A stretch of 64,000 nucleotides of DNA, taken from Lama glama (Eukaryota). This document shows, one piece after another, positions 50,304 through 64,000 of this stretch (the first letter of the stretch is position 1; every line of letters begins with the position of its first letter). The position numbers and the translations under genes are program-made. The stretch spans positions 1,736,001 through 1,800,000 of the forward strand of contig CM052816.1 of assembly GCA_028534125.1 (NCBI GenBank), written 5' to 3'. The notes beneath the pieces are model-generated. The model saw nothing but the letters and a program-made list of their open reading frames with translations. It did no database searches and had not been told where the DNA came from.

Positions 50304-53300
50304 CAAATGGAACTTTCTGCACCTTTAGTTTTCAAAACGGCTTTACCTAATTCTTTTAAATGTGGTTTGTCACTCAAGGTCAATCTGATGTATAATCCTA
50401 ATTCTAAAGGGGACATGCAATGATGGTTCTGTCTCAACATTGCTCTCAAACAGGCATTCGTTAATTTATTGAACACCCAGAAGATTCTTCAGCTTTATGA
50501 AGGACTTAAAATTTATCAGATGGTTTACCTTGTTTTCAATCAAATGATATAACCAAGGTAGAAATGCTTATAAACTGAAAAGTGCTATTCAGAGGGAAGG
50601 GATTTTATTTCTATCTTTCAAAAAAATGATAAAGATCTTATAGAAAGGAAAGGCTGACTTCATCACTGTATGACTGAGGTTGTTAGAGATTTCTTGTGTG
50701 ATTCTAGCCAGAAGTATAGAAAACTAATGACTTTTAAAAAACACCCTAGTTTTCCCTTGTTCTTCTCATAAATATGTTCATTTGGGGCTCCTATCACTCA
50801 GGACACACACTTACTTAAGGAAAATGGTTTTAATTTCACATTCCTCAGGAGGATGTATACAAAGCTGAGAGCAATACTAGCAAATGCATGGCTTTTTGTA
50901 TATTTCCATGGTTCTAGATTGTCTCCAAACATCTGGGCGGGTACTCAACGTTCCCAGAAGCCTGGAGGCATCTCAAGGCTGAGGAGAGCTCATCACTGCA
51001 AAGCAAGTCAGTCAAACATGACTGAGAGCCCATGCGAGTTTTTGAGGGGGCTGCAGATTTTGCAGATTTGGAGAACCCAGGATAGAAGGAAGGAACTTCG
51101 CTGAAGAGTTGCTTCTCAATTATCCAGGCACTGAAGCATAGGAAAAATAGAAACTCAGAGAGAACACAAGTTTTATTCCAGTCTAGAATTCCTGCTGTCC
51201 TCTCCCACTAAACCCTTCTAACTCAGACGTTGACAAGCCGACCATAGATGAGAAATTACATTTCACAGAACCAGCAGATGTCCACTGATCTCTCAGGGTT
51301 CTTGGATGGCAGAGACTTACTATTCTATATATTTTTATTGAGCAGCTACTATGTGCCAGGTTCTGTTCTGAGCTCTGGGAATAGTGGTGAATAAGATGAA
51401 GATGGTTCCTGCTCTCATGGAATTTTTTAACTCTTTAAATAGTGGCCTCTTTGAGGTTCCTTCCCCCAAATTTCACTTCTCCACCCTTAACAACTCCCTC
51501 TACCCCGCCCCAAACCCTGCAAAATTTGGACAGGTACCAGAGTGCTACGAAGGAAAAAAAAAAAAGGTGGTGTAATAAGGGTTGACCGGAGGGGTCAGTG
51601 TATAGCCTAGGTGGTCAGAGAAGGCATTTCTTAAGTTATAACCTTTGAATCGACCCCTGGATAAAAGGAGTGGGCAGGCAGCCCTCTGGGGCATGGGGGC
51701 CCTTTCTGAATAGCTGAATCCTGGCTACCCTCCACCTGCCTACTCAGCCTGTGGGATACACATTCATCCTGTCCAACAAACAACACAGGATTGTTGCTCC
51801 CATTGCTCCTCCCTCCTGGCTCCACTATCACAGGCATCTCCAGCCAGCCTCCAGCCTTCAGAGTCTTCTAGGCAAGGTGATGCAGCCTCAGTGCCTTTGG
51901 GTATTCATTCTGGAGTTCTCTTATTTACCTGGAAGTAGTAGTGGTGGTCGGGGAATCCAAAGTGCTCTCCTAAGACACCCATTCTGTTAATCGCATCTTC
52001 TCCGATTTCTGGTCTTCCCCTTACATAGGCTGGAGGTAAGAAACAAATAGGACAGACTATTTTTTGCTGACTCTCAGTAACTCTCCATGGATGAAGCTAG
52101 TGTCTAGTACCTTTTTTCCCAGAAGATATGGGTTCTTATCACTCACTTCCCTCAACTCGGGGGACTTAGTTAAGTCTCTGTGAATACAATGAAAATCAAT
52201 TTAACATCCTAGTACATTGGCTTATGAGCTTAGAAACACTTGACTTTATTCCATCAATCATATCCAAGAAAGAACAGGATCTCCTTTCTTCTCCAAGAGA
52301 GGTGGCTTCCCATCTGGGACAAGCTGGCTGACACCTTGGGGCAGGGAGAGCAATTAGGTTATTTTTCAGATGTCTGACTGGTCATCTCAGCAGGAAAGAA
52401 TGCCATCTTCCATTAGTGATATCTGCTCTGGGTTTGGGAGGGCAAGTTGAGGCAAAAGTACCAACTATTTGCTATCCCTGGACTAGGGTCTTATATTTGT
52501 AAATGTCTGATGTAGAAACAGCCTCAGTAAATGCTAACCTCCTGCTGGGCCATAATGAAGTCCCTTCCAGACTGCCATGAGAATATGAACCACTCCATCA
52601 CTGTATATTTTCCTGCATCATTCAAGTTAATGAGATTTGCTTAAATAGACAAATATAAATGTGCATACATTTTCAGTCTTTCTCCAGGGGAAATGTGTTT
52701 GGGGGCATTTTATCTGCAGAATTGGAGCTGATCCAATTCTGAGCCTTGCCAGGTATTTACTTAGAGAAAATTGAAAACAATTCCGTGCTATAAAAACTTT
52801 TCAATGAGCTCAATATCCCCTTACAGAGGGGTTACTCCTGCCCACTGTCCCATGAATGTGCACCATCCCCCGGACCCGAGGCCACATGGCCATGAGAGCA
52901 TCCAACCAATCAGAGCTTGGCACCAACCTGGCAGCCTGCCAAGCACAGATAGCAGTGATGGTTGTTCATGCCAATGATCCAAAATCTCTAGTCTAGACTT
53001 ATCTCTAGTCCTCGTGAGTGGAATACTTAATAAGCCACATAAGCCCATTTAAAAAGGTGACTCACCCATGGGTAGTGACCAACAATAAAATAATACAGTT
53101 ATAACCCAATGCATAAATGTCTACAAGTAGGAAAGAACTTGACAAGGGCAGAACATTAGAATCAAATTATGCAAAGAGAGAGGGGAAAAAAGTGGCTCTC
53201 TCTGGAAGTACTTTGTTTTATGCCTAACTTTTGGCTAGGACTTGGGGGCCTCAGAGAGGCTTCTGAGCCCAAGGGTGAGGAGAAAAGACACGTGTTTATT

Positions 53301-53999
53301 CATCCAGTTATTTTCTACCTGACAGCAAAGTGAAAGATGCGATTTGCTTACCACGGCCATTTGAGGTCAAGATAATGTTGAAAAATCCAAAGTAAGGAAC
53401 CTCAGAATCTTTGGCTATTGGAAGGGAGAGTTCCCTTAAGATCCTTTGACCCACAACCTGATGAAATCCAGAGAGGTGAAGTGTCTTTTCCAAGGCCATA
53501 TAGCTGGTAGACGGCAAAGCAGGACTGGCATTCTGGGGCCCAGACTCCTTGTCAAGTGCTCCTTCCAGGACCCTACTCTCATTCTCCTGATGGAAGCCCA
53601 GGTCCTAACATTCTTCATGCCTTTCAATTTCTTGCTAAAAAGATGTTCTTCTAAGTTGAGAGAAGAGTCATGAAATACGTCATCACCTCTCTGGATTTCA
53701 GATTCATCCCAATTTGGGGGTACTGGACTTGCATCATTGCTACGGTTTTCTGAAAGGACTTATTTCTGGAGATGTGTCCTGCCTCTGCTGCCAGGAGGTC
53801 TGGGAGAAAGGGCAGCATCAGCAAGAGCCACACACTAAAGGAGGGTGAGCCCTCAGCTCAGAACCCCACCTGCAGAATTCAATCCTCTGTCATTTCAGAC
53901 GCACTTACTGATTTGTAAACACTCCCCTTCCAGAATGGAAAAAGAAACAGCTTCTCTGCAGCATATTAAAAGAAGCAGCCCTTGAATTAATCAAATTCA

Positions 54000-54462
54000 C
54001 AGGGAAGAAAATCAATAAAGGTAATTATCTCAAATAAACTCAAGAAAATAAACAACTTATTTACTGAACTGTTCGCTTTGCCGCTAGGTGTTCTGACTTC
54101 AAAGCGTAATTTAAATGAGGTACAAGGCACACATGTGAGCACAAAATAGCGAGGAGTGGACATGAGGATTTGCCAAAACAGCAACACCCAGGGCGGGGCA
54201 CAGAAAGCAGGCACACTCACGCACACTCCCAAGAGAGAGTTTGAATTGATGCAACTTTTCCGAAAAGTAATTTGGCAACATGTATCAGGAGACTTAAAAA
54301 ATGTTCCTACTCTTTCCACCAGAACTTCCATTTCTAAGGAATGTATCTTAAGGAGATCATCAGAGAGGTGCTCAACAATTATGCAGAAGAACGTTCAACT
54401 GTTTTATAATACAAAGGAAAAGGAAACAACTAACAGTGAATATCTAACAATAAGGAGGCAGC
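54000..54462 (+). mobile_element. Old L1M fragment; probably continues after 54910
   Basis: gaaaagtaatttggcaacatgtatca...gaacttccatttctaaggaat. Confidence 0.65.
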
Positions 54463-54469
54463 GGATATT

Positions 54470-54866
54470 CCTGTGGTCTTGCTGCTAGCCACATCCTAGT
54501 ACCTTTCCTGTTTGGGGAGAGGCCCTATTGGCTGAGGCTTGATGGGAGTCAGGGCCCCACTTTTCGCTTTAAGAGTCTGTTCCCTCGTAGATAAGGTGGC
54601 GCATATTCCCTAGGCTTCACCAGCAAGACGCTCCTTCCTAGATTGTTGAAACCTAAGGAAATGCAGACATGCTATGGACATTGCTTCTGCGGGACCCTAA
54701 ACAGGGTTCCCGCAGCTGAGACTGTCTTGATTCCTGCCCTTTTTCTTAGCCTGTTTTTCCCAGCCCTTACATAGATTCTATGACTAATGAATATTATTCC
54801 AGTAAATTCCTCTTCCACTTAATTTGGCCAAGGTTCGTTTTTGTGGCTTGAAAACGAAAACTGACA
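54470..54866 (+). mobile_element. ERVL-type LTR (LTR16/LTR33-like)
   Basis: tgtggtcttgctgctagccacatcc...ccagtaaattcctcttccacttaa...ttttgtggcttgaaaac...ctgaca. Confidence 0.55.
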
Positions 54867-54867
54867 G

Positions 54868-54909
54868 TCATAATGTATTTGATCATTCTCTTGATCAAAT
54901 ACATTATGA
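54868..54909. repeat. Perfect 18-bp inverted repeat, 6-nt spacer
   Basis: tcataatgtatttgatca-ttctct-tgatcaaatacattatga. Confidence 0.97.
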
Positions 54910-57087
54910 AACATCTATTCAATATATTATTCATCTATCAAAATCCAGGATTTCAATACATATTTAGAAGCATGGAAAAGACAGCATTGAGAGATACACA
55001 GAGGTTATGATCACAGTTCTATAAACCTATGTATGTCTACATAATTATTATTATCATATCTATATATCTAATCTATATATCTACCTACTTATCCATCTGT
55101 GTGTATAGGAAAAAAAAAACACACACAGCTATTAACAGTTCCTTTATCCGAGAAGAAGCATTATAGGTGACACAGGATGCTTCTCCACCACCCAAGCCAT
55201 TTTATCTTCAGAACCAGCCTATCTGTCAACTCCTCCAGAAAGTCTTTGCCAACCAAAGTTAGGCCTCCTCCTCGGTGCTTTGAGAGCACGCAATGCACCC
55301 TTGTATCATAACACCACATTGTAATGAGTTTTCCTATGTCCCCGACTGCTTTTTATTGCTCACTGTGTATCCTTCATACTCACATAGTGCTTGCTCATAG
55401 TAGGAAGTCAACAAAATTTGTACAATAGATCCATGCAAAGATTATTGTTATAATAAAAAAAATTACGTTATTAAAAAGAAAGGGCTAGGAAGAGGAGATA
55501 TTTAGGTGAGTAGCAAAGAGAAACAGAAAAGTATTACTGTATAATGAATAAGTTACATGTGACAGTGAGTAGACTATTTGGGATCCAGTGAAATGGACAG
55601 ACGCTACGTTGTCTAGTATATTAGATTGGTAGAGACAGATAAACCGTGGATTTTTTTCTTGGTCTAAATTCAGGCAATAACTGTCTCCCCTCTCTTTTTT
55701 CTTTGCTCCCGGAGATATTGCCTGTTCATCCAGCAGCTTCTGGCCTCCAGGTGTATCTCCTGAGATTACCATCAGCTAAATACTGGGTTGTCTTTTGATG
55801 ATTTGCCTACATTGTAACTTCCCATCACATTGTCAGTGCTTTTCTAGTTCCAGACATGCCACAGACTGTTAATTTACCCTTGCCTTTGCCTTGCCCAAGG
55901 AAATTGAAAGTAAACTTTAATTTCCTAGTTGAGGGTCATGAGTGCTTTGTGTAGTTCAGAGAAGAAGAATAATTATTGTTTGATGGAATTAGGGAATACT
56001 AGGAGAGTTTTTGGAGTTGGTGAAGTTACACAGTAATCAATTGCTTGTCCACATATTTAGAGTTCATTCCAGTGAGCAGAGGTTTTGTCAACCTCTGAGG
56101 TCTGTTTGACACCTGGCCTCAATCTGCCAGGCACTCCAGTAACCATATCCATAGCCTTCAGATCTAAACTGTGAATTCCATCAAAAGCTTTCAACTGGCC
56201 TTGGAGATGCTACAGAAGCCATTCTTGTAGTTACTGATCTCTCTGACTACATGAAATCAAAGAAAAACGATCTCTGGGAGGATGATAAACAAGGGTGCTT
56301 TCAGAATTTCAGAAGTCCAAGCCCGAGCATCTGGGAGCCAAGGAAGCGTATTTAGGTCTTTCCTGGTCAGTGTGACCACCTGGAGGAATTTAACAGACGT
56401 CTTTGGAGTTGCTCAGTGAAGTCCTAGAATGAGTCTAAGTGTGATGCCAAGATGACTAGAGAAGTCAGAACAAACTGTTATTTCTGCATACACATTAATT
56501 TTTGGCCATTTGGATTTCTTGTGTTAATTTTTAATTCCTTCTTTGGGGAACTATTTTATTACTACATAAAGCTAGCAATAAAACCATCAACAGGTGTTCA
56601 CTCTGCACCTGCTATATGATAGGAACTGGGTTCCATGTACTAATGATCGTGAAAGAAACGGCCCTTACATACACACAGATATGTGGGTATTGTGGGTTTT
56701 TTTTTTTACCTATTTGCAATCATTTCATGTACATAAATGTTTCCTTTATTCCTCAACATTAGTATGTCCCACACTTTCCTGTGTTTCTCCGTGGTTTCTT
56801 CATGGTCAACAATTTAATTCTGACCAGTGACCATTACCTTTCTGTAAAACAAATTGCTGCCATAGTAAATGAGACCAAGGAGAACAGTTCTGTGGCATAC
56901 GGCATTTTTTTCTTCCATTGTAACTGTTTCTGGGGATAAATTCTTGGAAATGAGATTCTTGCATTCTTAAAGAAGACAGATGTACCAGAGGCATACCACC
57001 ATCCTCCATTTTTATGACACTGGAATGCTTCACTGTATCTGTTATAAGACTGTTTCTGGCTGAGCCCAGATACTGCTTCAGAATCCT

Positions 57088-57230
57088 TTCTGGGGAGGTT
57101 GGGAGGTAATCAGGTTGGTTGGTTTGTTTATTTATTTATTTTATATTTAGAGGAGGGACTGGGGATTGAACCCAGGATCTCATGCATGCTAGGCATGCGA
57201 TCTACCACTTAAGCTACACCCTCTCCACCC
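57088..57230 (-). mobile_element. Full-length camelid-type tRNA SINE
   Basis: Antisense of gggtgtagcttaagtggtag...gcatgcatgagatcctgggttcaatcccc...aaataaataaa; flanking aatcctt repeated. Confidence 0.85.
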
Positions 57231-58039
57231 ACAAATCCTTCTTATCACAATACTCCAATTACCCTTTCACATTCAGCCTCAGTAACCACCCCTGGCAAAC
57301 AATTTATGGTTTTGATATGTACTGTCACACCAAAAAATTACCTAAGAGATATGTCAGGGGACAGAGCCACTTTCATTTATTTCCCCTTCCTAGGAAATCA
57401 AGAAATTTCCTTTTAGCTGACCCAATCTTCCCTGTGGTTCCCGTGGTCACTCCTGTGTTTCTAAATATTCAATACCTCTCTCCCCAACCATGGTGTTCCG
57501 CCAGAGGTCACCGTACCTTGATGCAAAACTGCCTTTCTGGATGCAGTGAATTTCTCCAGGGTTTAAACAAAAGTGCTAAATTTCCTTTAGCTAAACTGGC
57601 AGGGTTCCTGACAGCTCAATGACCACCAGCTATGGGAAAGACACCTCCCAAGACAGTGAGAAAGAGGCCCTGACATCTTTGATATTTAAGTTAGAGAAAG
57701 TAAGTTTAAACCAGGAGGCCACCTAGGGTCAGGATCACGCTCCCTTCAGCCAGCACAGCCAGCTGACCTTCACGTAGGAAGAGGCGTCGCTGGCTCTCGA
57801 AGTCACTTTCCCAGTAGTGTCAGGGGCTGGCCAGTGCCTCACCAGCTTCCCCTCCCCCCACACCTAAAGCCTCCAGCACCCTAAAGAAATCTTTTAAGTG
57901 TTGTCGTCTACTTCAGAATTGCTCCAAGCTCTGCTACTTTTCACTCCAAACTTTGTTGCTCGTTTTTTTTCAGAATTCCCCAGGGTAGCAGACAACTGCT
58001 CCTCTGCATTATCTAACCACTGTTTCCTCTGGTTCGTGG

Positions 58040-58460
58040 GATAACATCCTCCCCATGCACACACCTCCATTCATGGCATTGCCGCCACTTCGTGAGGTTT
58101 CCCTTGTGAGTCTGGAGGGACTGCCAATCCAGCTCCATGCCCGTCCCTCTGAAAGGACTGGTATACGGCCCATCCCCATGACCCTGGCTGGAGAGACTGG
58201 TTCAAAGACAGGGCAAGGGACCCAAGACAGAGCAGTGAGAGTCTTTTCTGGAGTTCTAAGTCTTCTGGGGGTGCAGAGATTGTTTTTCTCCCAAGGTTGC
58301 TAGGCTTGGTTATGATGCACTTGGAGCTGACCGTGGCCATGCCCCAGGTCCTCTGCCACACAGTAGAAGCCCAGCTACCCCAGAAGAGGAGGACTGCCTA
58401 CAGAGATGGGGGGAGGATTCTATTGGCGAATGTGGGGCTCTGCACCTAGTATGGCCAAGG
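58040..58460 (+). mobile_element. ERVL-type LTR (LTR16-like), old
   Basis: gactggttcaaagacagggcaagggacccaagacagagcagtgagagtc. Confidence 0.45.
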
Positions 58461-60488
58461 TAAGGGATAGATTCTAAGGGCCTCCTTTATCCAAAGCACC
58501 AGAGCCTGCCCCTGCCCCACCCACACAAGTGTGAGGTGGGCGTGACCACTCAGAAAGATCAAGATTGCTGGGAGAAGTTTGTTGACTGGGTGGGCTAAGA
58601 GGGTTATATTCTGAAGCAGAGACAGCTGGTCTACTCAATGCTTAAAATGCTGGCTTCTTAGCAGAGGCCTGAATGGAATGGGCCCACCCCAACACTATTT
58701 CTCTTAAGTACCCAAGGGGCACACTTGTTGGTTATTTACAGATTTTTGGAATATCCCCTAAGCACTCCTAAATTCTTGTCAATAACCTTCTTTCCCTAAG
58801 AAGGCAGTTTCTCTGGGATCAGCATCAAATGCTTCCTTTTGATGGCGAGTCAGAGTGATTAATGAGCAGATAAACTCATCAGCAGGTTGGGGAAACCACC
58901 ATCCCCTGGGCGTTTCTTGTCTATGCACTCTTCTGTACACTCAATTCTCTCACCTCGGTGTCCCTCCTCCCTCCTGCCATTGATTCTGGGGACATCCAAG
59001 TTGTTCCAATTGTGCCACTTGTCATCCCAAATCCATGTGTGGGTGTGGGCTGGCTGCTAGGGTGATTTATTGATCAGAAAGGTGGGCTGAGGGACTCCAC
59101 ATCTGGTACATGACTTTTGGATATGGCCCAATTGTTAGTCAAGTGTACATGGAAGCTTTATAGAGATTTATTTTTCTTTTTTTCAGTCATCCCTCGGAAG
59201 GCCCAAGTTTAATGAGGTAATTTTAGTGGGATGCAGTTTAAGGACATCCAGATCATATCATTTGTTTATATTCAACTTCAATGACGATTACCAATTGATC
59301 CAAAATTTCTAGCCAACACCCAACCGAAGTGATGACAGATAATTATACTCCATGGCCACAGACTTCCTTGTATGTTAGCTACTTAGGGAAACATTTTAAC
59401 TATATAATCTCAGATGAGCTATGCCCTGGACTCAGAAAGGCCACAGATGGACAAGGGAGATGACTCCAGGTGCCCCTCCTGTTCGCCTTGTGTTTTTCAT
59501 TAGCTTCTGAGCATTTGCTGCTTCTCGTTTATCAGCACTCACTGAGCAGACACCAAGGACCAGACACCCTGTTCAGTCCTGCAGGGACTCCTTTCCCCTT
59601 CTCCTTCTGTGAGGACCTACTTCCGTCCTCCTATCCACTCCGCATGGTAGGAGGGGAGGCTAATCCCACTGATCAGCCGTTGACAATTTACCATGAGCAG
59701 TGTTACTCCTGCTGGATCTGCTGGTCCATCCCGGCTGGATGGTCACGGCCAGCTTGCAGTCCTCGTCCACACTGCTGGCTGGGCAGATGGACTCAGCTCT
59801 GCTGCATGTCTCCCACTCCCTGCAGGCATGCCTGAGCACGTGGGTCCCAAGATCCAGACTGAGGATGCAAAGAAGAGGCCTTATTAGCCTTGAGCCTAAG
59901 CCGTATGTTCTGTTCCAGCTTTAAACCAGAGCTTCTGCACATGGATACTGGGCACCCACTTGGCTGCCAGGACTCCAATTACCTGGTTGTTGAGATTTGC
60001 ATAGCAGTCCTCCCTTGGTTAGGCAGACACATGTGTTGAGCAGATCTCCAACTACCAATCCCAGGCAACATTGGCAATCTCACTCCTTCTTCCTAGGGTG
60101 ACAGGTGACCATAAGAAACATGGAATCACCCAGAGTTTAGGAAATGCACCCATCTCAAACTACTTTGTAATAGTCTTGCCTGGGCCACAGGACCTGATCA
60201 AAGCAAAGGTCCATGAAGAGGACGGGCTTTGCCTTTCACTGAAACTTCCACTCCTGTTACCGTATTTTTAACTGTGAAAAATTCAGTACTTTTTACAGCA
60301 TCCTATTCTTGTCTCATAGATATAATTTCTTAGTTCTCTGAAGATAATACTAATAATTATTCGAACTTTTCTTTTTAATCACTGCATTGTCTTTGTTTCC
60401 TCCATGTTTTGTTCTCCCCGTTAATTTATTTTGGTGTCTGTTTCCGGTTAGAACCTATCCTCAGTATCCAGCTATACTGAAAGGAGGC

Positions 60489-60832
60489 TGCTACAGTCTG
60501 AATGTCTGTGCCCCAGCAAAAGTCATTTGCTGAAATGCTAATGCCTGATGTGATGGTATTAGGAGGTGGGGCTTTGGGGAGCAGCTTAGGTCATAAGGGT
60601 GCAACTCTCTGAATAAGATTAATGCTTTTATAAAGTGACCCCACACAAGTCCCTGTCCCCTTCCATCATGTGAGGACACAGCTATGAACCCAGAAGAGGG
60701 CCCTCAACCGACTGTGCTAGCTCCTTAATTTTGGACTTCCCAGCCTCCTGAACTGTAAGAAATAAATTTTAATAGTTTATAAACTACCCATATCGTGGCA
60801 TTGTGTTAAATCAGCCCAAACAGACCAAGACA
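60489..60832 (+). mobile_element. MaLR solo LTR (MLT1A-like)
   Basis: tgctacagtctgaatgtctgtg...gtgatggtattaggaggtgggg...agcccaaacagaccaagaca; 5-bp TSD gaggc/aaggc. Confidence 0.9.
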
Positions 60833-63109
60833 AAGGCTTTGACTGTTCACTTACAAGGGGAGCACTGCCCAGGAAGAATCTGGTGGCTATAGGATTGTGT
60901 CTTGTTTGTGTTGGTCCAGTCCCCCTGAAAGCAACCATGCAACCTACCTATGGAGAGGTGTGAGGCTGACCACTGCATTCTGGGAGCTGAGTGGAGGAAG
61001 GAAACTGGGCCCTCCATATTCAGTGAAGACCTTCACTTAATACCCATTTTCAGTGGAGCACATCATCCATTGTCCCAAGCCCAGAATCTCTCCAGTTCAA
61101 CCTCTCCAGAGAAGACATGTTCTGTCTCCAGCTGGGATGAGGAATGGAGAGTTGCCCAGCTGCTCAGGCTGGGAGAGGGGGACTGGGAGGTCTAATTGCT
61201 CCTTAATCAGATTTTAAACTCATCCTGTGTCCGGACCCCCTGCCCACTGGCTTGCAGAGGACCCCAGTGCTTCCAATTCCTGAATCTCTAGACATTCTGG
61301 GGGTGAGTTAACTGCTCTTCACAGCTCCCCATCCCCACACATTCTAGGCCCCTTGGTTTCAGTTTCCCTTACTCTTTGAGAAGACCCTTATCACTTTTAC
61401 CGTCCCTCCTCCATCCTGTTGACCTCTCTCGTTTTCTTTGTCTTTTCGGGTTTTACCATCTTCAGTTAACTGATGTCATTTTAGCTGGGTTGGGGAGGAA
61501 ACCCAGATTAATAGAGCTGTTCTCTCTGCCACATTTAAATGGAAGTATTCGGGGCACCTTTATTTTTTATTTTGTTAAAGCACCTTTTTTATGTTATTTA
61601 TCTTATGTTCCAATAAATATATTTTATTTCCTATTATATTTAAGAACGAATTAACACCTTAAAGAGAGTTTCTGAAATCTTATTAGCTTCGTCCATGCAT
61701 TTTTTTCTCAAATAAAACAAAACAAAAAACAAGTAGAGGGGACACTTAAAGTACCATCTCCACACGTGACAGCTTTTTTACATTAAAAAACCAGCCAAGG
61801 CCCCAGAAAGGGCTGGAATTCCCTGGTGTGGAGGGCCAATTCAGGTTGGAGGAAGAGAGAGAGCTGGGTGTGAGGAGCAGCAGAGAGCAAATGCAGGGAG
61901 AAGAGGACTGGGAAGGGAGAGAATCAGGGTAAGAGTGACACAAACAAACCCCAGCACCTCCCCAGTCTTTCCCGGGGCTGGGGCCAGCCCAGGAGAACAC
62001 ATGCCATCCTGATGACACTCTGAAACAGAAAGAGTGTAAAAGCCCAGCCGATGTTGAGCCCAATACAAATCAACACCACAAAATCCCAGCAGAACTCAAG
62101 AATCAGGGCAGCCCCTGCTCATCGGCTGCGATGGGCTGTGACCGACCTGCCCGTGTCCCTGCTGTGGCCGCGCCAAGGGCTGGCTCGCTGGACCTGCGCC
62201 AAGGAAGGCAGGGTTGTCCCTCCCCTCCTCCTCCTGCCCTCCCTGTTTCTCTGAGGAAATTTAATTTTCTTCGTTGGGTTTTTTCTTCCCTGACAGTATC
62301 CATTATTCTTGGTGAGGCCACAGAAAACTTCACCTCATTTCTTTTTGCTTGGGTTTCCTTACTTTTATGTGCTTAGAAGCAGAATCTGAAATCTGGTTAC
62401 CATCATTCATTTGACTATTGTTTGAAAAGACAAATAGACAGGTCCTGAACCCCACTGTGTCCCATCTGTGTCTCCTCCAGCCGCAGGTCTGCTGGAATGT
62501 CCTCTATCACCCGCGCAGGGTGACTTCCTATTAATATTTACCAGACGCCGTTCCCTGTCTAATCCTCTTACCCTCCAACACGTTTCAGCCCCTCGCTGCA
62601 ACATAAAAACACACCACGGTAACTATGTACTTAAGAGCCTGTGTTCTTGGCCCTTGATTCTGAACTGGAGAGGAAACCAAATAATGATCAACTCATAAAA
62701 TGAAATGCCCAAATTAGATTTTGTTCTTCCCAAGGCCCAGCCCCCAAGATTATGCTGACTAATGCAGCCAAAGGAGTGAAACACAGAGATTTTAGGCCCT
62801 GGGGGAGAGCGTGGCCTTGACGGCAAGACAGATGGTCAGAGACCCGGGGAGGGGGGTCTGCTGGGAGGAGTTTTGCCCTGAGCCACATGCGGAATTTGTA
62901 AAGCACACAAGAGGTTCTCTCATCCAATTCTACCTTAAAACCACTGGAGGAAAGCCACAGTATGTGATTTTCTAGCCTATACTTGCTACGAGAAATGGTG
63001 GCTCAGCTTTTATGGTGCTGGCCTCACGCAGCTCCAGCCTCACACTTCAGCAGAGTTGGAGGTCAAGGTCGTGGTACTGCGGCTGGCAGGGGAGCAGGGG
63101 GTGTGAAAG

Positions 63110-63258
63110 GAAGGGCTTGAGAGGCAGCTTCGTGTTCTGGTTTTTTATCTGAGTGCTGGTTACTTAGGGATATTCAGATTGTGCAAATTCGGTGAGCTGT
63201 CCACTCATAATATGTGCACTTTCCTGTACGTAGTTTACTCTTCAATAAAAATTTAACA
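63110..63258 (+). mobile_element. L1M extreme 3' end
   Basis: gtgctggttac...aattcggtgagctgtccactc...tatgtgcacttt...ttcaataaaaattt. Confidence 0.75.
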
Positions 63259-64000
63259 CACATCAGTGACTTTTAGCTTTCAAGAGTCACAGAGTCCTTC
63301 AAGAATCCAGGAAAGGATAGGGACCCTCTCCCTGGGAGACTCCCAAACACCCTAAATTTTGCATCTAATGTTAGGGGTATCTTTGACTACCTCAAGTCAT
63401 AAACAGAGGAGAGTCCCACGTTAAGATCCCTGCCTTCCAGTGTTCCCTGCTTCCTCCATCATTTCCACTTAATTGCTGAGTTCCAGCCATTGCTCCTGGA
63501 GACAGGCTGCCCATCTCCATTTGCACACAGCCAGCCTGGCCCAGCTCCAGCCTCCACTGTCCCTAACCCATCCTGAGCACCACTGTTTTCACCATCAAAG
63601 GTTTCTGCTCAAAATCCTACACTGCCTTCTCTTGGCTAAGTGGCACAAAGAGGAATACCTTACCCCAGATTTGTAGAACCTCTGTCAGTGGCCCCTTTCT
63701 CACCCACCCAACCCCATTTCATACCCTTCTCCCCTCCATAACCTGCAATTTCAGTGATGTTCCCAATACACCAAGTCATTCCTGCCTCTGAACATCCCAC
63801 TTCTTCTCAGCCAGAAGTCTCTCTCCTTTTGTTGAGCTTATAAAGCATGACAACTACAATCCTGTCTTCCCCAAGGACCCTTCTTGTCGACCTCAGCAAA
63901 GAGCTCTTTGAACTCAGTGGCACTTTTCTCTCTACCTTGATTTCATTAAATGATGCTGTACCATTCATTCACTTATTCTCTTTGGAATACCTTTTATTTT

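Noticed and set aside
1..64000. CRISPR array, operon or prokaryotic defence system
   Set aside because: Sequence is clearly mammalian; no regularly spaced repeat-spacer array and no gene-dense coding.

Overview
Repeat-rich, non-coding mammalian DNA, intronic or intergenic. It is most likely from a camelid, inferred from three copies of a tRNA-derived SINE resembling camelid Vic-1. I found no recognisable host coding exon, structural RNA gene or CRISPR array. The ORF track is chance ORFs apart from retroelement remnants (L1 ORF2 C-terminus; ERV pol and env). Much of the window is old MIR, L2, L1M, MaLR/ERVL LTRs and hAT/TcMar MITEs, plus three younger L1 3' ends. A 500-N gap lies at 28384-28883. 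The most notable structure follows the gap: a heavily deleted class I (gamma-type) ERV whose pol RT-connection region joins directly to the env transmembrane anchor. Its CpG-rich 3' LTR has the U5 split by an antisense MER41-like solo LTR (4-bp TSD) that keeps one perfect STAT GAS motif. Also notable: a perfect composite DR2+DR0 (DR8) nuclear-receptor element (401-420), a perfect 18-bp inverted repeat (54868-54909), and several nested insertions. Repeat subfamily names come from recalled consensus sequences, not a database search. Boundaries without TSDs are approximate.
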